Source: Balanoglossus misakiensis (Eukaryota > Animalia > Hemichordata). From it: a stretch of DNA of 64,000 bases. Numbering within the stretch: position 1 is the first letter of the stretch; the number at the start of each line of letters is the position of its first letter. Shown in pieces: positions 10,814 through 24,061 of the stretch. Below the pieces are notes generated by a model, which worked only from the letters and a program-made list of their open reading frames with translations, made no database searches and had not been told where the DNA came from. The position numbers were made by a program, and so were the translations under genes. The DNA is taken from contig CM082577.2 in assembly GCA_040954595.2 (NCBI GenBank), positions 5,382,301 through 5,446,300 on the forward strand, in the 5' to 3' direction.

Positions 10814-13800
10814 TTACACCCGGGGGTCAGATGTGTCATCCCTGTCCACAAACTTCGGGTTCAGAGGTTTGTCTGGTGTCACGACGAATGATAACATCGG
10901 GTTCACTTCGGCTGAAGATTCCAAAAAGAACTGTTGGCATATCTGAAAGCAGAATCCGACTATGTGAACCGTGACGTAATATGGGGTAAGATTTTATGAC
11001 TAACGGGAAAGATTTAGTCACAGACATTTGCAAGTTAAACGCATAAATCCTAACCTCATCCCTAGAAATATACATGGATTAAATTTCACTGACAGTTCAC
11101 AGCAAGAAAGCAAGTAACATTATTGCTCGTCGATTTCATATTTGAATGATCACTTGACAAACGACAAGGGAGAGTATCAATATACGCCCTCCTCACTTCA
11201 TACTTCAAATTGGTAAACGAACAATTATTCTTACCCTGGAGAGAACAAGATGAAGCTCCAACATTGCAACTCTCTTTCCTAAAGAAAACAACAAGAAGAC
11301 ATCGCAAATGTCAAAGTGACTTCAGGTGGCAAGAGAACAGTGTGCACGTGAACGGAGAATACTTATGCAAATTTTTGCATATGTAAGTCATAGCACATCG
11401 CACCTGTTCTTAGTTTGAAAGAAATTTACTGGTGCACACATCTCTACAAAAAGGTAATTCATGCAAAATGACAATGCGATACCTCACACCAGGAAGAACA
11501 GGCAAGAGTGTGCGACGTGGTTTCAGAAAAAAACTACCGAAACACTTTTGGATCTCTCCGTGACGCACCGATTCACGGCATTGAGGCAAACACAAACACA
11601 TACATACCGATACACATTCTTGCCCCGAAGCCAAACGGTAATGCCAGGAAGGCATTCAGTTTATCTGGCTTTCTATCCAACCATCTTTCAGGTTTGAACT
11701 CCAGCGGATCTTCGTAATATTTCGGGTTTCTACCCGATTGGTAGAACAGAAATGTTATAGGAGTCTGTAATAAAGACAATAGTGCAACAATTGTAAAAGT
11801 CGCTATTGGGGCTTTCGTGGCAAACAAAGAGTGCTGTCAAGACTTAGTGTAAATGGGAATGAATGAATGAATGAATCTGAACAATGTAAAATAAGTGTAA
11901 TACACTATCGTATAACATTTTGTGATTATTAATGCAATACAATATGTCAGAATTTGCTCAACAAGAAATGTGCACGCGAAAATCAGCTTCAAGCCCACCA
12001 GAGTATTGCAGACATTAAGATATTCACCCAATATTAAATAACAAGCGAAGACAACCTTACTTCAGCAGGTATGTTGTACCCCTTTATAACTACGTCGTTT
12101 TCAAGGATACGGGTTGCATTCGCAATTACAGGTCTCAATCTGCAGATAATAGAATTCTTTAGATTGTAAAAAAAAAAACATCTAAAATGATAACTTTTAT
12201 GACATGGTTGGTATACTATTGGCACGATTTGCGGGCTGTAATAAAATGCACCTTCAGGAATTACTACAGTAATGATATTGAATATATCATTCCTGTAAAA
12301 AAACAGACCTGATCGATGTCATTGAAGAGAATCAGACCAAAAGAACTCTACAGCCATTCTAGTTGCACAAGACCGAACAAAATAATTAGACGTTCGGGCA
12401 CAAACCTCAACGCTTCATTGATCACAGCACTGACGAGCGGCAAATGATTGACATGTTCGCGAGAGGCTGTTTCTCCCCTCGGTACAACTCGTCTGATTTC
12501 CTGCAGAAGCCTGTCCTGCCACTCTGGGTGTCTGGCAAGGTAGTAGGCTATCCACTGCAGTGCATTGCCAGTCTAGAAGGAAACCACAAATTGAGAGAGA
12601 AAACCAAATAACGCATGCGTATTCTGTTCTGTTTCGGTTTACATCTCTCTCTCTCTCTCTCTCTCTCTGTTCTGTTTCGGTTTACATATATCTCTCTCTC
12701 TCCCCCTCTCTCTCTCATATTATAATAGGTGATTTTTCACAATATAAGCCCCCAGCCCCAAGAGCGGAAATGTACGTCTAACATACTGTATCGACCGACG
12801 CAATGAGGAGTTCGGTTACACTTGAATAAACCTCGTCGATGGACAGGTCACTATGTAACAACAGATATGTCATAATGTCTGTGTCCACTTCATCTGGCAG
12901 TTCTCCTTTCTCTTTCAGTTCTTTCAGTTCGGCGAACTTTTCATCGACTCTGTTTTTTCCTACAAGGCGTGTAAGAAAAGAATGACACCTAATCAAATAT
13001 AAACGATGTCAACGCTGATTACTGAAATGAGGATAACGACAATTTATTACAAAAGGCCAAAGTATTAGTGACCTTTTTGAAGGTGGCCAGTAGCCCCTAC
13101 GTGATTGAAACTCAAATGAAGAACATTTCAACACAAACGGTTGTTGGGCCGTTGGCATGCAACACATAGGTGAAGGAATGCCCGGTCGATAGCGCACATT
13201 CATGACCCATATGAGACCCGCCTTGCACTCTGTCATTTTGTTGGTACGACGTTACCATCTGGAGTTTAAACTCTGAAGTACAATGTATACCATGATATAA
13301 TTGAATCCATGCACTCTTACTCACTACTAGCAATTTTTTTCCTGGTGTTTTTCTGTTAGACAGAGGTACTGAACTGATGCTCACCGTACTCAGAAATTGC
13401 ATCCCAGCCGCGGGCGAATCTCTTCCATGGCTCTGTCATCAAGGCAGCCTGGACGTTAGCCGGGAGTTTAAACAAGACGGGCGACGTTTCGAACACGTCA
13501 TACACTCCGCTAACATAATCCCGCGTCTCCTTCGATGCATTGCCGGCGAGGAGATGGACACGCTTGTTGAATAAAACAGACGCCACGGCTGTAAAATAAG
13601 ATGATTTGCTGAGCTTATTTACTTTAAATCATACTTCGCGAAAGTTCCATTGCAAGCCTGTTCACCAAAACATGTTATATCAAAGAAACTTGTTTGTAAA
13701 CAAAGTGACGTGAACGACGCATTATTAGTCATCACATGTACATGTATTTAGAGCAGACTGATACACTTTGTACAAAGCCTGACTTTGCACTGGTCACGCA

Positions 13801-15151
13801 GGCGCGGATGGGACGACACCCATCCTTTAAAGCAACGGAGAAGAATTACATGTAATTACATCCTCCCCATAATGCAGCAGTGTTACCTACATTCAGCTGA
13901 CCATTCAGAGCACAGCATTTGGAAATCGGGAACGGTGTTGTCAGCCAATCGATCGTGTCGAATTCTGTGCATAAAGTCTGTAATGACGTCATTGACATTA
14001 TCTGAATACTTCAATATCTCATGTGGTCTCATAATTTTTTTGTTCATTGGTCGTCTGTGTCGGTTCCAGTCTTCCCCATTTCTGCAAAAAAAGTTTTAAA
14101 CGCCCACATTTGACGTTTATGGATGGAAAGGATGCACGGACGTGGACTTTGTCTCTTCTCATACAATTACACTGTGAATTTGCTAGAAAGCCAATTTCTA
14201 GCCTACTATTGTCATTTCATGAGCGTAGCTCTGCCAAATGAAAACCATTTCAGTGGTCAAATAAAATTGTATGTACACCACCACACTCCGTTCTGAGATG
14301 AACCTTGTTGAATGTGCCACCCTTAAAAATACCTTTGCAAATGCTGACTTTTTTTCATGTTAGACTAACCCTTTCAACACGTTTTCTGATGCCAATTGAC
14401 GAGTAATGGTCAATATTCAAGCCTAAGTTTTGGCATTGTGCCTGGTGATTGTCCTTGAAAGGTCTCGATGACCTGAATCAGTCAATACAGCTGTCCTTGC
14501 CAGCTGGCTGGCTCAATGACCTGATCAATGTCATGCTGAGGTCACAATACAAGCCTTGTAGCTAGCCACCACGCAAAGGAACCTTCCAATATCGGTGTTT
14601 TACTGCTGACACTTTCAGAGCCTCGTCCCATCGACCACGAGATATACTTACTCGAGAAATAATCCATATGGTCTTCCTTTCTTCTGTTTATAGAGTTTCC
14701 AAGAGGCCAGCAGGTCATAATGTTCATTCGCTCTTCTCGGATACTTCCCCTCGTTCTTGCAAACCAAGGCGAAATCCTCGGGGTCTGTCAAGTAAACCTG
14801 CACCGTATTCCCGAACACTCTTTTGTACACCGGGCCGTATCTCATATCCCACTCCTTGTATTTTTCCCATGGTTTATGCGCCTCGCTCTTCGTTCGCCAT
14901 CCCTTCAAACCGTAGATCAACCTCCTGACAAAACTCTCCGAGCCCTCACCTGGTAGTTCACTGAACGGTTTGACAGGAGCCGTTTGCTGTTGCAAGGTGG
15001 ACCCGTCCTCTGTACTAGCACTGGCACTACTACTAGTACTAGCCCTGTAACAAACTACCGATGATGGGTGGTTTTTAACAGCTTGGCTAACTCCCACAGC
15101 TGCGCGAGAGAGCGATTGACGTGAAAAACATGTGAAGCGAACTAGCGACAT
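10814..15151 (-). CDS. Cytochrome P450, mitochondrial clan (CYP27/CYP24-like), 547 aa
   Basis: Nine phase-consistent exons: 15151-14652, 14081-13891, 13588-13385, 12959-12787, 12572-12406, 12139-12061, 11764-11608, 11278-11235, 10942-10814 (1644 nt). Arg/Ser-rich targeting peptide, PVKPFSELPG, WNRHR C-helix, I-helix ASVDTT, K-helix EALR, PERW, and heme motif FGFGARMCIG. Confidence 0.93.
12625..12716. repeat. (CT)n microsatellite with a duplicated TGTTCTGTTTCGGTTTACAT flank, in a CYP intron
   Basis: Two copies of tgttctgtttcggtttacat, each followed by a CT tract. Confidence 0.75.
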
Positions 15152-16220
15152 TCTGAATTGGATCCGAGACCAGGAAACTCCGTTTGTTGTTTACTACACG
15201 AGTGACGTAGAATGCCTTTGGTTATATACATGTATACAAGCCACGGTTCGTTGTGTTCGGAGAGCCCGTGTATATAAAGTTTAGTAAATCTTCGATAATA
15301 TCGGAATGGTGGTTATGGCTGCTCTCCTGGGTCTGCTCTAGAACTGCCAACAGGTCACGAATGACTGTACTTCCCCCTAAAGCCGTCTTATCGTCCTGCC
15401 CAGATCACTAGTAAGGGACTTATCATTTATTCCAGCCGGGGGTAGGGGGGATCCATGTATTGGTGGGGTGTGGGGTCACCCAGTTGTTGAAATACTCAAT
15501 AGGATGCCGGTGTCTTTTTGATTGTGATCAGTGCAAATTTCACACCCCACAATTACACCAAAAATTGATAATTTACAAATGTACTGTATTTTATTGCAAA
15601 AACTCATATGTAAATAAATAAATACAAGTATTTCGAAGGATGACAAAGTTGAAGCTAAATTCACATTAGTTTTAAAAACAATACTAAAGGTTCATTACAA
15701 CACAACAACTTTGTCTTTTTTCTGGGTTTTTATTTCTGTGTTGTTTCTAATTCTACTAATGCCATGTGAAACTGTCCAGTAATCGAAATTTCAAACAATA
15801 ACAATGCTGACTGCAAATACAGGGATGGCGAAGTACCAGACATTTCAACATATTTCAGGGGCTAGAATGAGAAATTATACATTGCAAAGTTTATAAATAA
15901 AGATTATAAGACAACTGAGTGTATTTCTTTCTGAAAGTGCTGTAAAATAAATGCCCATGAAGAAAACGTGATTTCCGATGAATGCCCTCAAAAGTTGATT
16001 TTATACACATATTGAGTGGTGTAAAAAATACAAAAACAGTATGTTTGACTCAGCCTCTGGACTGCAGTGCCTTAGGTCTAGACATTAACAACACCATGCA
16101 TGCACTTCATGCACCTGGTGTACACCTGTTTGCAGGCTGGCTCCACACACACACAGATCAACCAATCAGACTAGTCCAGCTGTACTGCAGGTATCTAGTG
16201 GGCTTACAGCTCTCACCAGA

Positions 16221-16350
16221 TGTGTTTTGTTTTGTATTTTGTTTTTGTCTTGTCTTGTTTTTTTACTGTTGTTGTTTTATTTGTTTGTTTTGCTTTTTTG
16301 TTTTGTTTTGTTGTTTTATTTGTTTGTTTTGCGTTTTTGTTTTGTTTTTA
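16221..16350. repeat. T/G-rich low-complexity tract (TTTTG-type)
   Basis: Imperfect tttg/ttttg repeats that generate spurious F/C/V/L-rich ORFs. Confidence 0.8.
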
Positions 16351-16480
16351 CATCTTCCCGGGTGTTGATACCTGTGAATGCCACTGGCTGTTCAGCAGAC
16401 CAAGCAGACAGGCACGTCGATATGAGGAAGTCTTCACCGAGGCATGTCAAACAGTCCAACTGACATTCGCTGCCTCAATG

Positions 16481-18605
16481 TCACTCACGGAGCCTCAACA
16501 ACCAGCCTGAAGTGGTCTGGATCCTGAATGGACAAAAAAAGGATTCATTGTTTTCAATCACCATGCATACATGAAAAACATTCCCATAAAGGATTATGAA
16601 ATTGTGTAGGAAAACCTGAGTGACAAATCCTACTTGCACTTTCCAAAGGAGTCAGTGACCTTCTCACAATGCTGTCCAAGGTCAGCCATGAATGCATACT
16701 TCAATAGGCGACTCATTTTTTTTATCACCACACATTTCTATTCATAAATAATGCAACGCACCATTGATAACACGTACAATTCTACCCGCTGAGCTATTGA
16801 ATTCTTACCAAGTAGAGTGAGTGTGAATTTTCCAATCCAAGAGACAACCCACTGCTAGTTTGGCACGTACATCTTCTCACAGAAATTTCTCAAAAGAGTC
16901 TATATTTAATCCACTTGCAGACAATATACCACAAATGTAACTTCAATTCATGATGTAAAGAAAACTCTCTGACTGGAGGAACCATAGTATTTACCTGGTA
17001 ACAAACTCTGCACCGATGATATCCAACATGTGATACGCCATACTCAGCTTCTTTACTGCACTTAATTTCCTTTCTTCAAGTTCCTGTCGGGAGACAGCAG
17101 ACAAGCAAAGTCTATATTAACCCTTTGAACATTTCTGCTTTCAAAATGAGGTGTAAATTTTTTATCATTTTCACACAGTTTCCCTATTTACACCAAGTGG
17201 ACATAATTTCGATTACCTGCAGGTCTCGACGAATATTTTAACGAAAAAAACATCACATGGTGTTATAATATGACATAAATTTTGTGAAAACCCTAAAGTT
17301 AACTAGGTCATTAAAAATGGTGAAGACAGCTTCATTCTCCGCAAATCATGATAATAAATGTACCAAACCTTACCTGCTGTAGAATCTCTTGATATTTGGA
17401 TTTCCTGATTGTCCTTAATAACATCTGTCTCCCTGTGAAAAAAAAAAAAAAAAAAACAGAAAAAAGTTTCATGAATCCCCAAACTAAGACTAACATCAAT
17501 TAACTTCTTTCACTTCAATTATGAGCATTTGTCATTTTAGCCAACATTCTCTGGGTCACATGCATTATCATTTAGGAAGCCTAACCTTTTGTAAAAGATT
17601 TCATGAATATTCCAGCACCGGGTATAGCCAACCACCAACTGCCAATGTCACGTACTGTCAGCAAACCAGCGATGACCAGCTGCCTACATGGTTAATAATT
17701 GGTTCAAAAGAGAAAAAATCGTGATTAACTTTTTGGACAAGGTGTGTACAGTAACACTGTAACTATATGACGCCCCCCCCCCCCCAACACACAGTGTCAC
17801 AACTGATCTTTTCTTAACTCTCTATATACTTACGTGATTTCATCATCTGAGAATTGAAACTCATCAATCATGGTACTCTTATTCAGACTGACATCACAGC
17901 ACTTTTCCACAGCTGTGTCCAAGAACTTTGCCACAATGCCGTTGCCTGGCAACTGTCTCAGTACGTGGTGTTTGTAGTCGTCCGTGAATACAATACAGTA
18001 TTCATCGATCGCTGCTCCCAGTTTGAACATTTTGATCTTCTTCTCATCTTTCAGTTGATCCTGGAGACCAAAGTTCAACCAAACACTGGTTAAAGAAAGT
18101 TTGTGTGCACAAAAACTCAATAAAGGCTGATTCTGGATTGGGGATGAAAGGGGAAAGAAATCATCTGACTGCTCACCAGTTGACGATCAACAAGCGTCTT
18201 GTTACGAACAACACTGTAGACTTGATGTTTCAAAATAATATGAGGTATACGGCTATCAAAAGACTCAATATGGTAGAGAGACTTGATGTATTGCAGAGCT
18301 GCCTGGGTGTCATTTGGCAGATCTGTCGAGAGAGAGAGAGAAAAAGTTATTTACTCGAGTAACACAAATTGGATTTTCAAAACAATGACAATAAACTTGG
18401 AGAGACAGACTTCTTCAGCGTCTCTTTTCCACAGAAGACTGCAGCAGCCAGCAGGCGACATTTTATTCAGAAGTTGACGTATCAGAGGCTTACCCTGTTC
18501 TGACACTGAGGAGTCATTTGTTCCCCATTCTGACTGCTGCCCAGCCGGTGCACATATCCTCCGTTTCTTTTTGAAGACATCAGGTACACGTCTTGACCTT
18601 TTCAT
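16481..18605 (-). CDS. STK19: STK19 (winged-helix TC-NER factor, historically 'serine/threonine kinase 19'), 257 aa
   Basis: Exons 18605-18494, 18322-18177, 18060-17834, 17683-17586, 17432-17374, 17083-16995, 16523-16481 (774 nt, in phase). Peptides IILKHQVYSVV..DRQL, IVFTDDYK, AGLLTVRDIGSWWLAIPGAG, YHMLDIIGA and TTSGWLLRL match human STK19 (IVLRSQVYSLV..DRQL, AGVLTVRDAGSWWLAVPGAG, TTSGTLLRL). Confidence 0.93.
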
Positions 18606-19093
18606 TTCTGATGAAATATAGAAATATTTTAGTTGAATACTCTTGAATCAGCTGTAGAACTGCAAATGAAGTAGCCTGTTTAACTATCTTCCAGATAGTT
18701 ATGAAACGGTCACATGCTACATGCTTATATCATAAGCATGTTATGAAATCAAACGGTGATCTGTCACCACCAGTCAGTGGTATAGACAATGAAGACTAGC
18801 CCCTCTTACAGGTTTAATTTTGTCACCATTAATGTAAAATGTTACAGAACCTTTCCGTGTTGTATTATACAGGTCATGGACCGGGAAACGATGCAATCTT
18901 ACCAATTTTTGTCAGAAACACCCGCTATCACGACTCGACACCACTGCCATTTTGGATTTCTGAAATACTCGGTGCTGATTGGTTGATTGGCACTGAATGA
19001 CCTGGGTCAGTCTAAGGTCATTCAGGTGAAGAGTGGTCGAGTGTTTGATTGTTTGATAACGGTTGCGCTTTCTGTCCATTGGTACCAAAAAAA
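18606..19093. promoter_or_regulatory. Bidirectional promoter region shared by STK19 and DXO
   Basis: Divergent start codons 488 bp apart; two ATTGG (inverted CCAAT) boxes at 18978 and 18986; TGACCT/GGGTCA-n5-AGGTCA at 18998-19020. Confidence 0.7.
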
Positions 19094-19709
19094 ATGATGA
19101 AGCGCCAACACGAGGAAGAAAATCCAGATTACCAGAAACGTATCAGAATGGGTTATACTGATAAACAAAGTGAGTCACCAAGAAAATCGCCCGACGAGTC
19201 AAGTTCTGCAACAACACTACCAACACACTCGCATTTGTACAATGAAAGGTTTCCGTTTTTCAGAAAACCTGCGGAGATCGGCCACTTCTCGATAGACGCG
19301 AACAGGACGTTCTTCAACGACGATCGACAGTTGCGGTACTACTTCCCACCCAAGGATTCCCGTCGAGTGGACTTTGACCTCAGAAAAGGTTATGACATAT
19401 TCATTAAGAAGAATGAAGATCAAAAAGACCGACTGGATTTGTTACTGAAATGGGTTCTTGCTAATCGAGATAAATTCAAGCTCCTTCCTCCAAACAAGGG
19501 TAGCAGTAGCAGTGATAGTGCCAAAGATGCCAAAGAGACCGAAGGTGAAAGTGAAAGTAAAGAGACGAAGCAAAACGACGGAAATTCCAAAAATTCGACA
19601 GAGATTGGAGTGGACGAGAGACCGAGAGAAGAAATGGAGGCGGAGAAATCTGATTTCAAGTACACATTTTTTAATACACGTTGATTTGGTGGCAGTGGTG
19701 GTGATGATA

Positions 19710-19759
<50 letters not shown>

Positions 19760-21903
19760 TGGGGTGGTGGTAATGACGATTGTCAGTCATGAATTGACAA
19801 TTATAAGCATTCCGTTCTTCTGATGGTGATAACTTGATTTATAGACAAGTCATTTGAGAGCATTAAATATGACCATGTATATTTGCTTCTTCCTCCATCA
19901 GCCTGAATACAGATTTTGTCACATGGCGAGGCCACCTGACCAAAATACTGTGTACACCGTATGAAAACCGAGAAGGCTGGTTGATGGCTGTCAGTCTGTA
20001 CAATGGGACGTACTACATGAGCGAAGTAGAAACGGAGGAAGCTGAGAAGCAGAGGCTAAGCATGACTGATATGCATAAAGAAATGACATACTGGGGGCAT
20101 AAGTTTGAACAGTATGTCACAAGTGGTGAGTAAAGTGAATTTGCTAAATTGCTGATAGGCTCTGTGATCAGGTCACTCCACACATACACAGTCATGTACA
20201 TGTGTTGAAACCAAATGTTAAATCCTTCATCATGCTTAGTGCATGTACTTACCTCCTGCTGGCAGAATACATCAATGAAAAATTTACGGAGTTATACTGA
20301 CAATATCATTTCCATTCAGAGGATGGTACCAAGTCACCTGACACAGAAGAAGCTGTGAACAACATCGACGGATACTGTGCAGTGGTTCGCACGAGACTAA
20401 ACAGCCATTCCTTGGTGTTCTCGGGAGAAGTGGATTGTTGCGAATCACCGAGACATCGCACGCAGAGTGGATACATTGAACTGAAAACCAGTCGAGAGCT
20501 GCAGAATGATAGGCAGTACAGGAATTTTAAACGGTAAAAAGATTGTGAATGTCTTCGGACGCCTCCATTCCATTTAGACTTTGACAGTGTTGACAGACTG
20601 CTGGAAATTCAGTTTTAAATGTTTGTAAAACAAAGCATGGATCACTGAATGTTATTGTGGTTGTCATTTTACCTGATTCCCCCTTGGCATAAATCAGTTT
20701 GTTGTTAGAGAGGGTTTATGAACATCTATGTGTTAACCTCCTCTTTTCTCCAATTCAAGCAAAAAATACTGAATTAACAGTTTGTGACAGAGCCAATTAC
20801 CTGAAAACAAAAGCAGTCTGCCTGAAAACATGCATGAATAAAAACAAGAGTGTACTTTGTCGTACACGTAGGTGGCGCTGTCTAATTAGGTACCAATAGA
20901 AAGTGGTTTCCCATGACTGTCTTGGCTTTGTCTTGTCTTCGGAATAGACAATCCTTCAAATTTGCTGGCCAGATTCAACATTGTGGCATATCATTGCACA
21001 CCACAAGGTTGCGTATAGCCTGTCAAATGTACTATTTTTGAATGTGATGATTTCCTCAGATTCAAGTTGCTGAAATGGTGGGCCCAGTCGTTCCTACCCG
21101 GTGTTCCGAGGATAATTTGTGGTTTCCGTGACGATGATGGCAGAGTTGTTAGGCTCGAGAATTATGAGACCATGCGAATACCGGACCTGCTGAAGGTAAG
21201 GCAGCTGTTCACATCATCTGCTGTGCGTGTGTGAGTAATGTTCCCCAAGCAAACGACAGAGGGCAGGCAACAAGTGTTTTCACACAAACTGGTGACAACT
21301 GAAAACATAGTTTCTTTTATTTTTTTTAAAAACTTAGTTTTTTTACGGTTGTGTTTTATGGTTGTGGTCATTCACAGGTCAAAGTGTAAAGGTCAGTCAT
21401 GTACAGTCATTTCTTGTTGGGCAATTTGATTGCGTTTGTTTTACTAGCATATTCTTTTTTCCCCCATTTTCATACAACAGAATGATTACAATTCATGGAA
21501 TCCAGCTGTGTGTGTCACGTTCTGTGACAGATTTCTAACTTTTGTGAAGTCAGTGGCGAAAAGAGATGACCCAAAGTAAGTATTCAATATGTCTGTATTG
21601 ACCATTTTGATACATCATTCTGTATATAAATGTGCAGGGCTCACAGAGATATCTGGTATCCAATCAATAGGTCGACCTGTTCATGGGATTGTGTCAGTAA
21701 CACCCCCATGGCCAATAACAGGTACCTAATTATGACTTTTGTTTGTTTTTCTGCAATTTTCTCTTTTCAGGGTTGTTTATTTGTTTGAGTGGAATCCCAC
21801 TGCAGCAAAGGTGTCGTTCACAGTTCACGAAGAACCGGAACACAGTTTTTTGCGAGATTGGTACCTTGACGGCAGCAATGGAACGAAGTTGCAGACTTCA
21901 TAA
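19094..21903 (+). CDS. DXO: Decapping and exoribonuclease protein DXO (RAI1/Dom3Z family), 455 aa
   Basis: Exons 19094-19659, 19902-20125, 20320-20533, 21060-21195, 21481-21575, 21771-21903 (1368 nt, in phase). Motifs [65 protein letters not shown] and GFRDDDG. Confidence 0.95.
19686..19778. repeat. (GAT)n/(GGT)n trinucleotide microsatellite in DXO intron 1
   Basis: gatgatgat... flanked by ggtggt, seen directly. Confidence 0.9.
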
Positions 21904-24061
21904 GCGATCATTTAGCGACTCCCAACACAGGGACAATCTGTTGATTTTTAAATTGGCCAGCACACTGGCAGTTTTAAAAGAGAAGCTGATAAAAAAATAT
22001 ACGTAATTATTATAATCGGAAGAGGTTCACTGTACACAAACATTTGTCTCAGACTTGTTCTCCAGATTCTGAAATATATGGTTCATGACCAATCTTTGAG
22101 GCAGTCACTTGCTACCCCTACCAATTTCGCAATCACTGAAGGTGCAGGCATCATGCCTGTGTTAAATTAAGAGACACATGCCACAAATATTTCATTCATA
22201 TCACATTGTGTTTATTATTCTGTTATGCACTTATTCCCAAAATATTTCCCTGATGACTATATAAAACTGCTAACTTTACTCATCACTGGCCTTAATTAAA
22301 GTTGAGTGGAGTGTGTGCTTTTTTTTTAGTCCATATGGGGCAACAAGCCCTTTGAGCTGTTCCATTCCAGGAATGAGGGAAAGTGAGAATGGGGAGCTTC
22401 AAACTGCTACTTAAACCCTTTATAAAAACATGAAATACACACTATTTATATTCATTCTTATCACCCCAAAATGATCATTTGCTACTAAAATGTACAAATG
22501 TTTCAAATAACCGCAAACTATTTCAAAATGACCGTGGCTAAAATACAGGGAATGGGAAAACAGCCCCTTTCTTTATACACAAAATACACACTTGTATCAA
22601 TTAAACATTAATCAAAGAAGTACTGAGGAAAACCAGTGAATTATTTTCAAGGAATTCACAATTGGGGATAAAGTTGATACTCAGTACTTTATACCTACTT
22701 AGTAATCAGTCAGTGGAATTAATTTGGCAGAATATCATACAACCTTTACATTGGGTCAAAGTAAGTAAATCTGTTTTGAGCCACTCGACATGTCTTTGGT
22801 TTTAGAGCGCATGTGACAATTTCAAGTTCAATCGAACCTGAAGCCCAAAAATGACACCATGTCACTGAATGGTACAATGGTGGGAAAATGACTGCTAGAG
22901 TATAGACTCAGTGGAAGTTGTAATCTAGTTTCGCAAAAAAACATTTTGCCAAAAGTTAACTTTTTTCCCCAAAATCTGGGTGCAAACACATGCAAAACAG
23001 AATTTACTTACTTTGGCTCAACTGCAACATAGTGCAGCAAAATAATTAAATTTTAACCAATCAACAGTGTCTGATTTACTTTGCATTGAAAAGGACACAA
23101 TTATAAATGGCAACACATTTGTACTCTCTTTGCTAAACACTGAAGTTTACATGCACAAACTGGCAATCTTTCCTGGCACTAACCTAACCTCATAACCCTA
23201 CAGTACTTTACTAAGGGAAATTCCATGTTTTGTATATCTTAATAAATTCCTTTCAAAATACTGTTACAGGTAGTACTTACTCTATAAGAGTATGGAACTA
23301 TGCCATATATACCCCACGTATGAAACTACACCTTGCCACTCTAACATTTATACATAACCGACAGTTCAGTCGACTTTTCAGTGTTTTTCCCCTAAAATCA
23401 AGAAGTATACTTCTGTACAAATTGATGTAAAAAAACACAATTTGCAGTTTATTGTAGAAAAAGGCAAAGGCACTGAATGGCTATCCTATTTTCCAGCTGT
23501 ATGTTTTAAATCTGTTATAAAACACATCTTATGGGGTGTTGTTTGATCGATTGACTACCCAGGTCATGAAAACCTTTACTCCCTGAAGTTGTAGTCAGTA
23601 TCTCGATAGGTACAGCTCTCTGCAGAGTAACTTATAGCAAAGTAGTTCCATGCGTACAGACATGCCACTATCCGAACTAGATTTCAAATGGTTCCCCCGG
23701 TCACTTGACTATCTGTAGGGTAATCTATTATCCAATGTATATCCAGTGGCTTATAATAATAGAAGTACTCAAGCAACAGCGACAAGGAGCCAGCATCCAT
23801 TTGTCCAGCCCCATAAAAGCACAAGAATCTCACCACGGAACTGCGAGCCTAAAATACAATTTGCGAGAGAATTTACAAAATTGCCCACCGGCAGATACGT
23901 CAGACAATGTTGTAGACTGTAGTGGTACCCACAAGCTGTATTCCACCACAGATCACTGGAAGGAATGCAGTGAGTGATTTCAGAGTGTAGTACAAGTAAT
24001 TACTGACTGACTGACTGTGCACGCTTCACAAGAAACGCTCTCTGTGTCCCCCCTTATTTTT

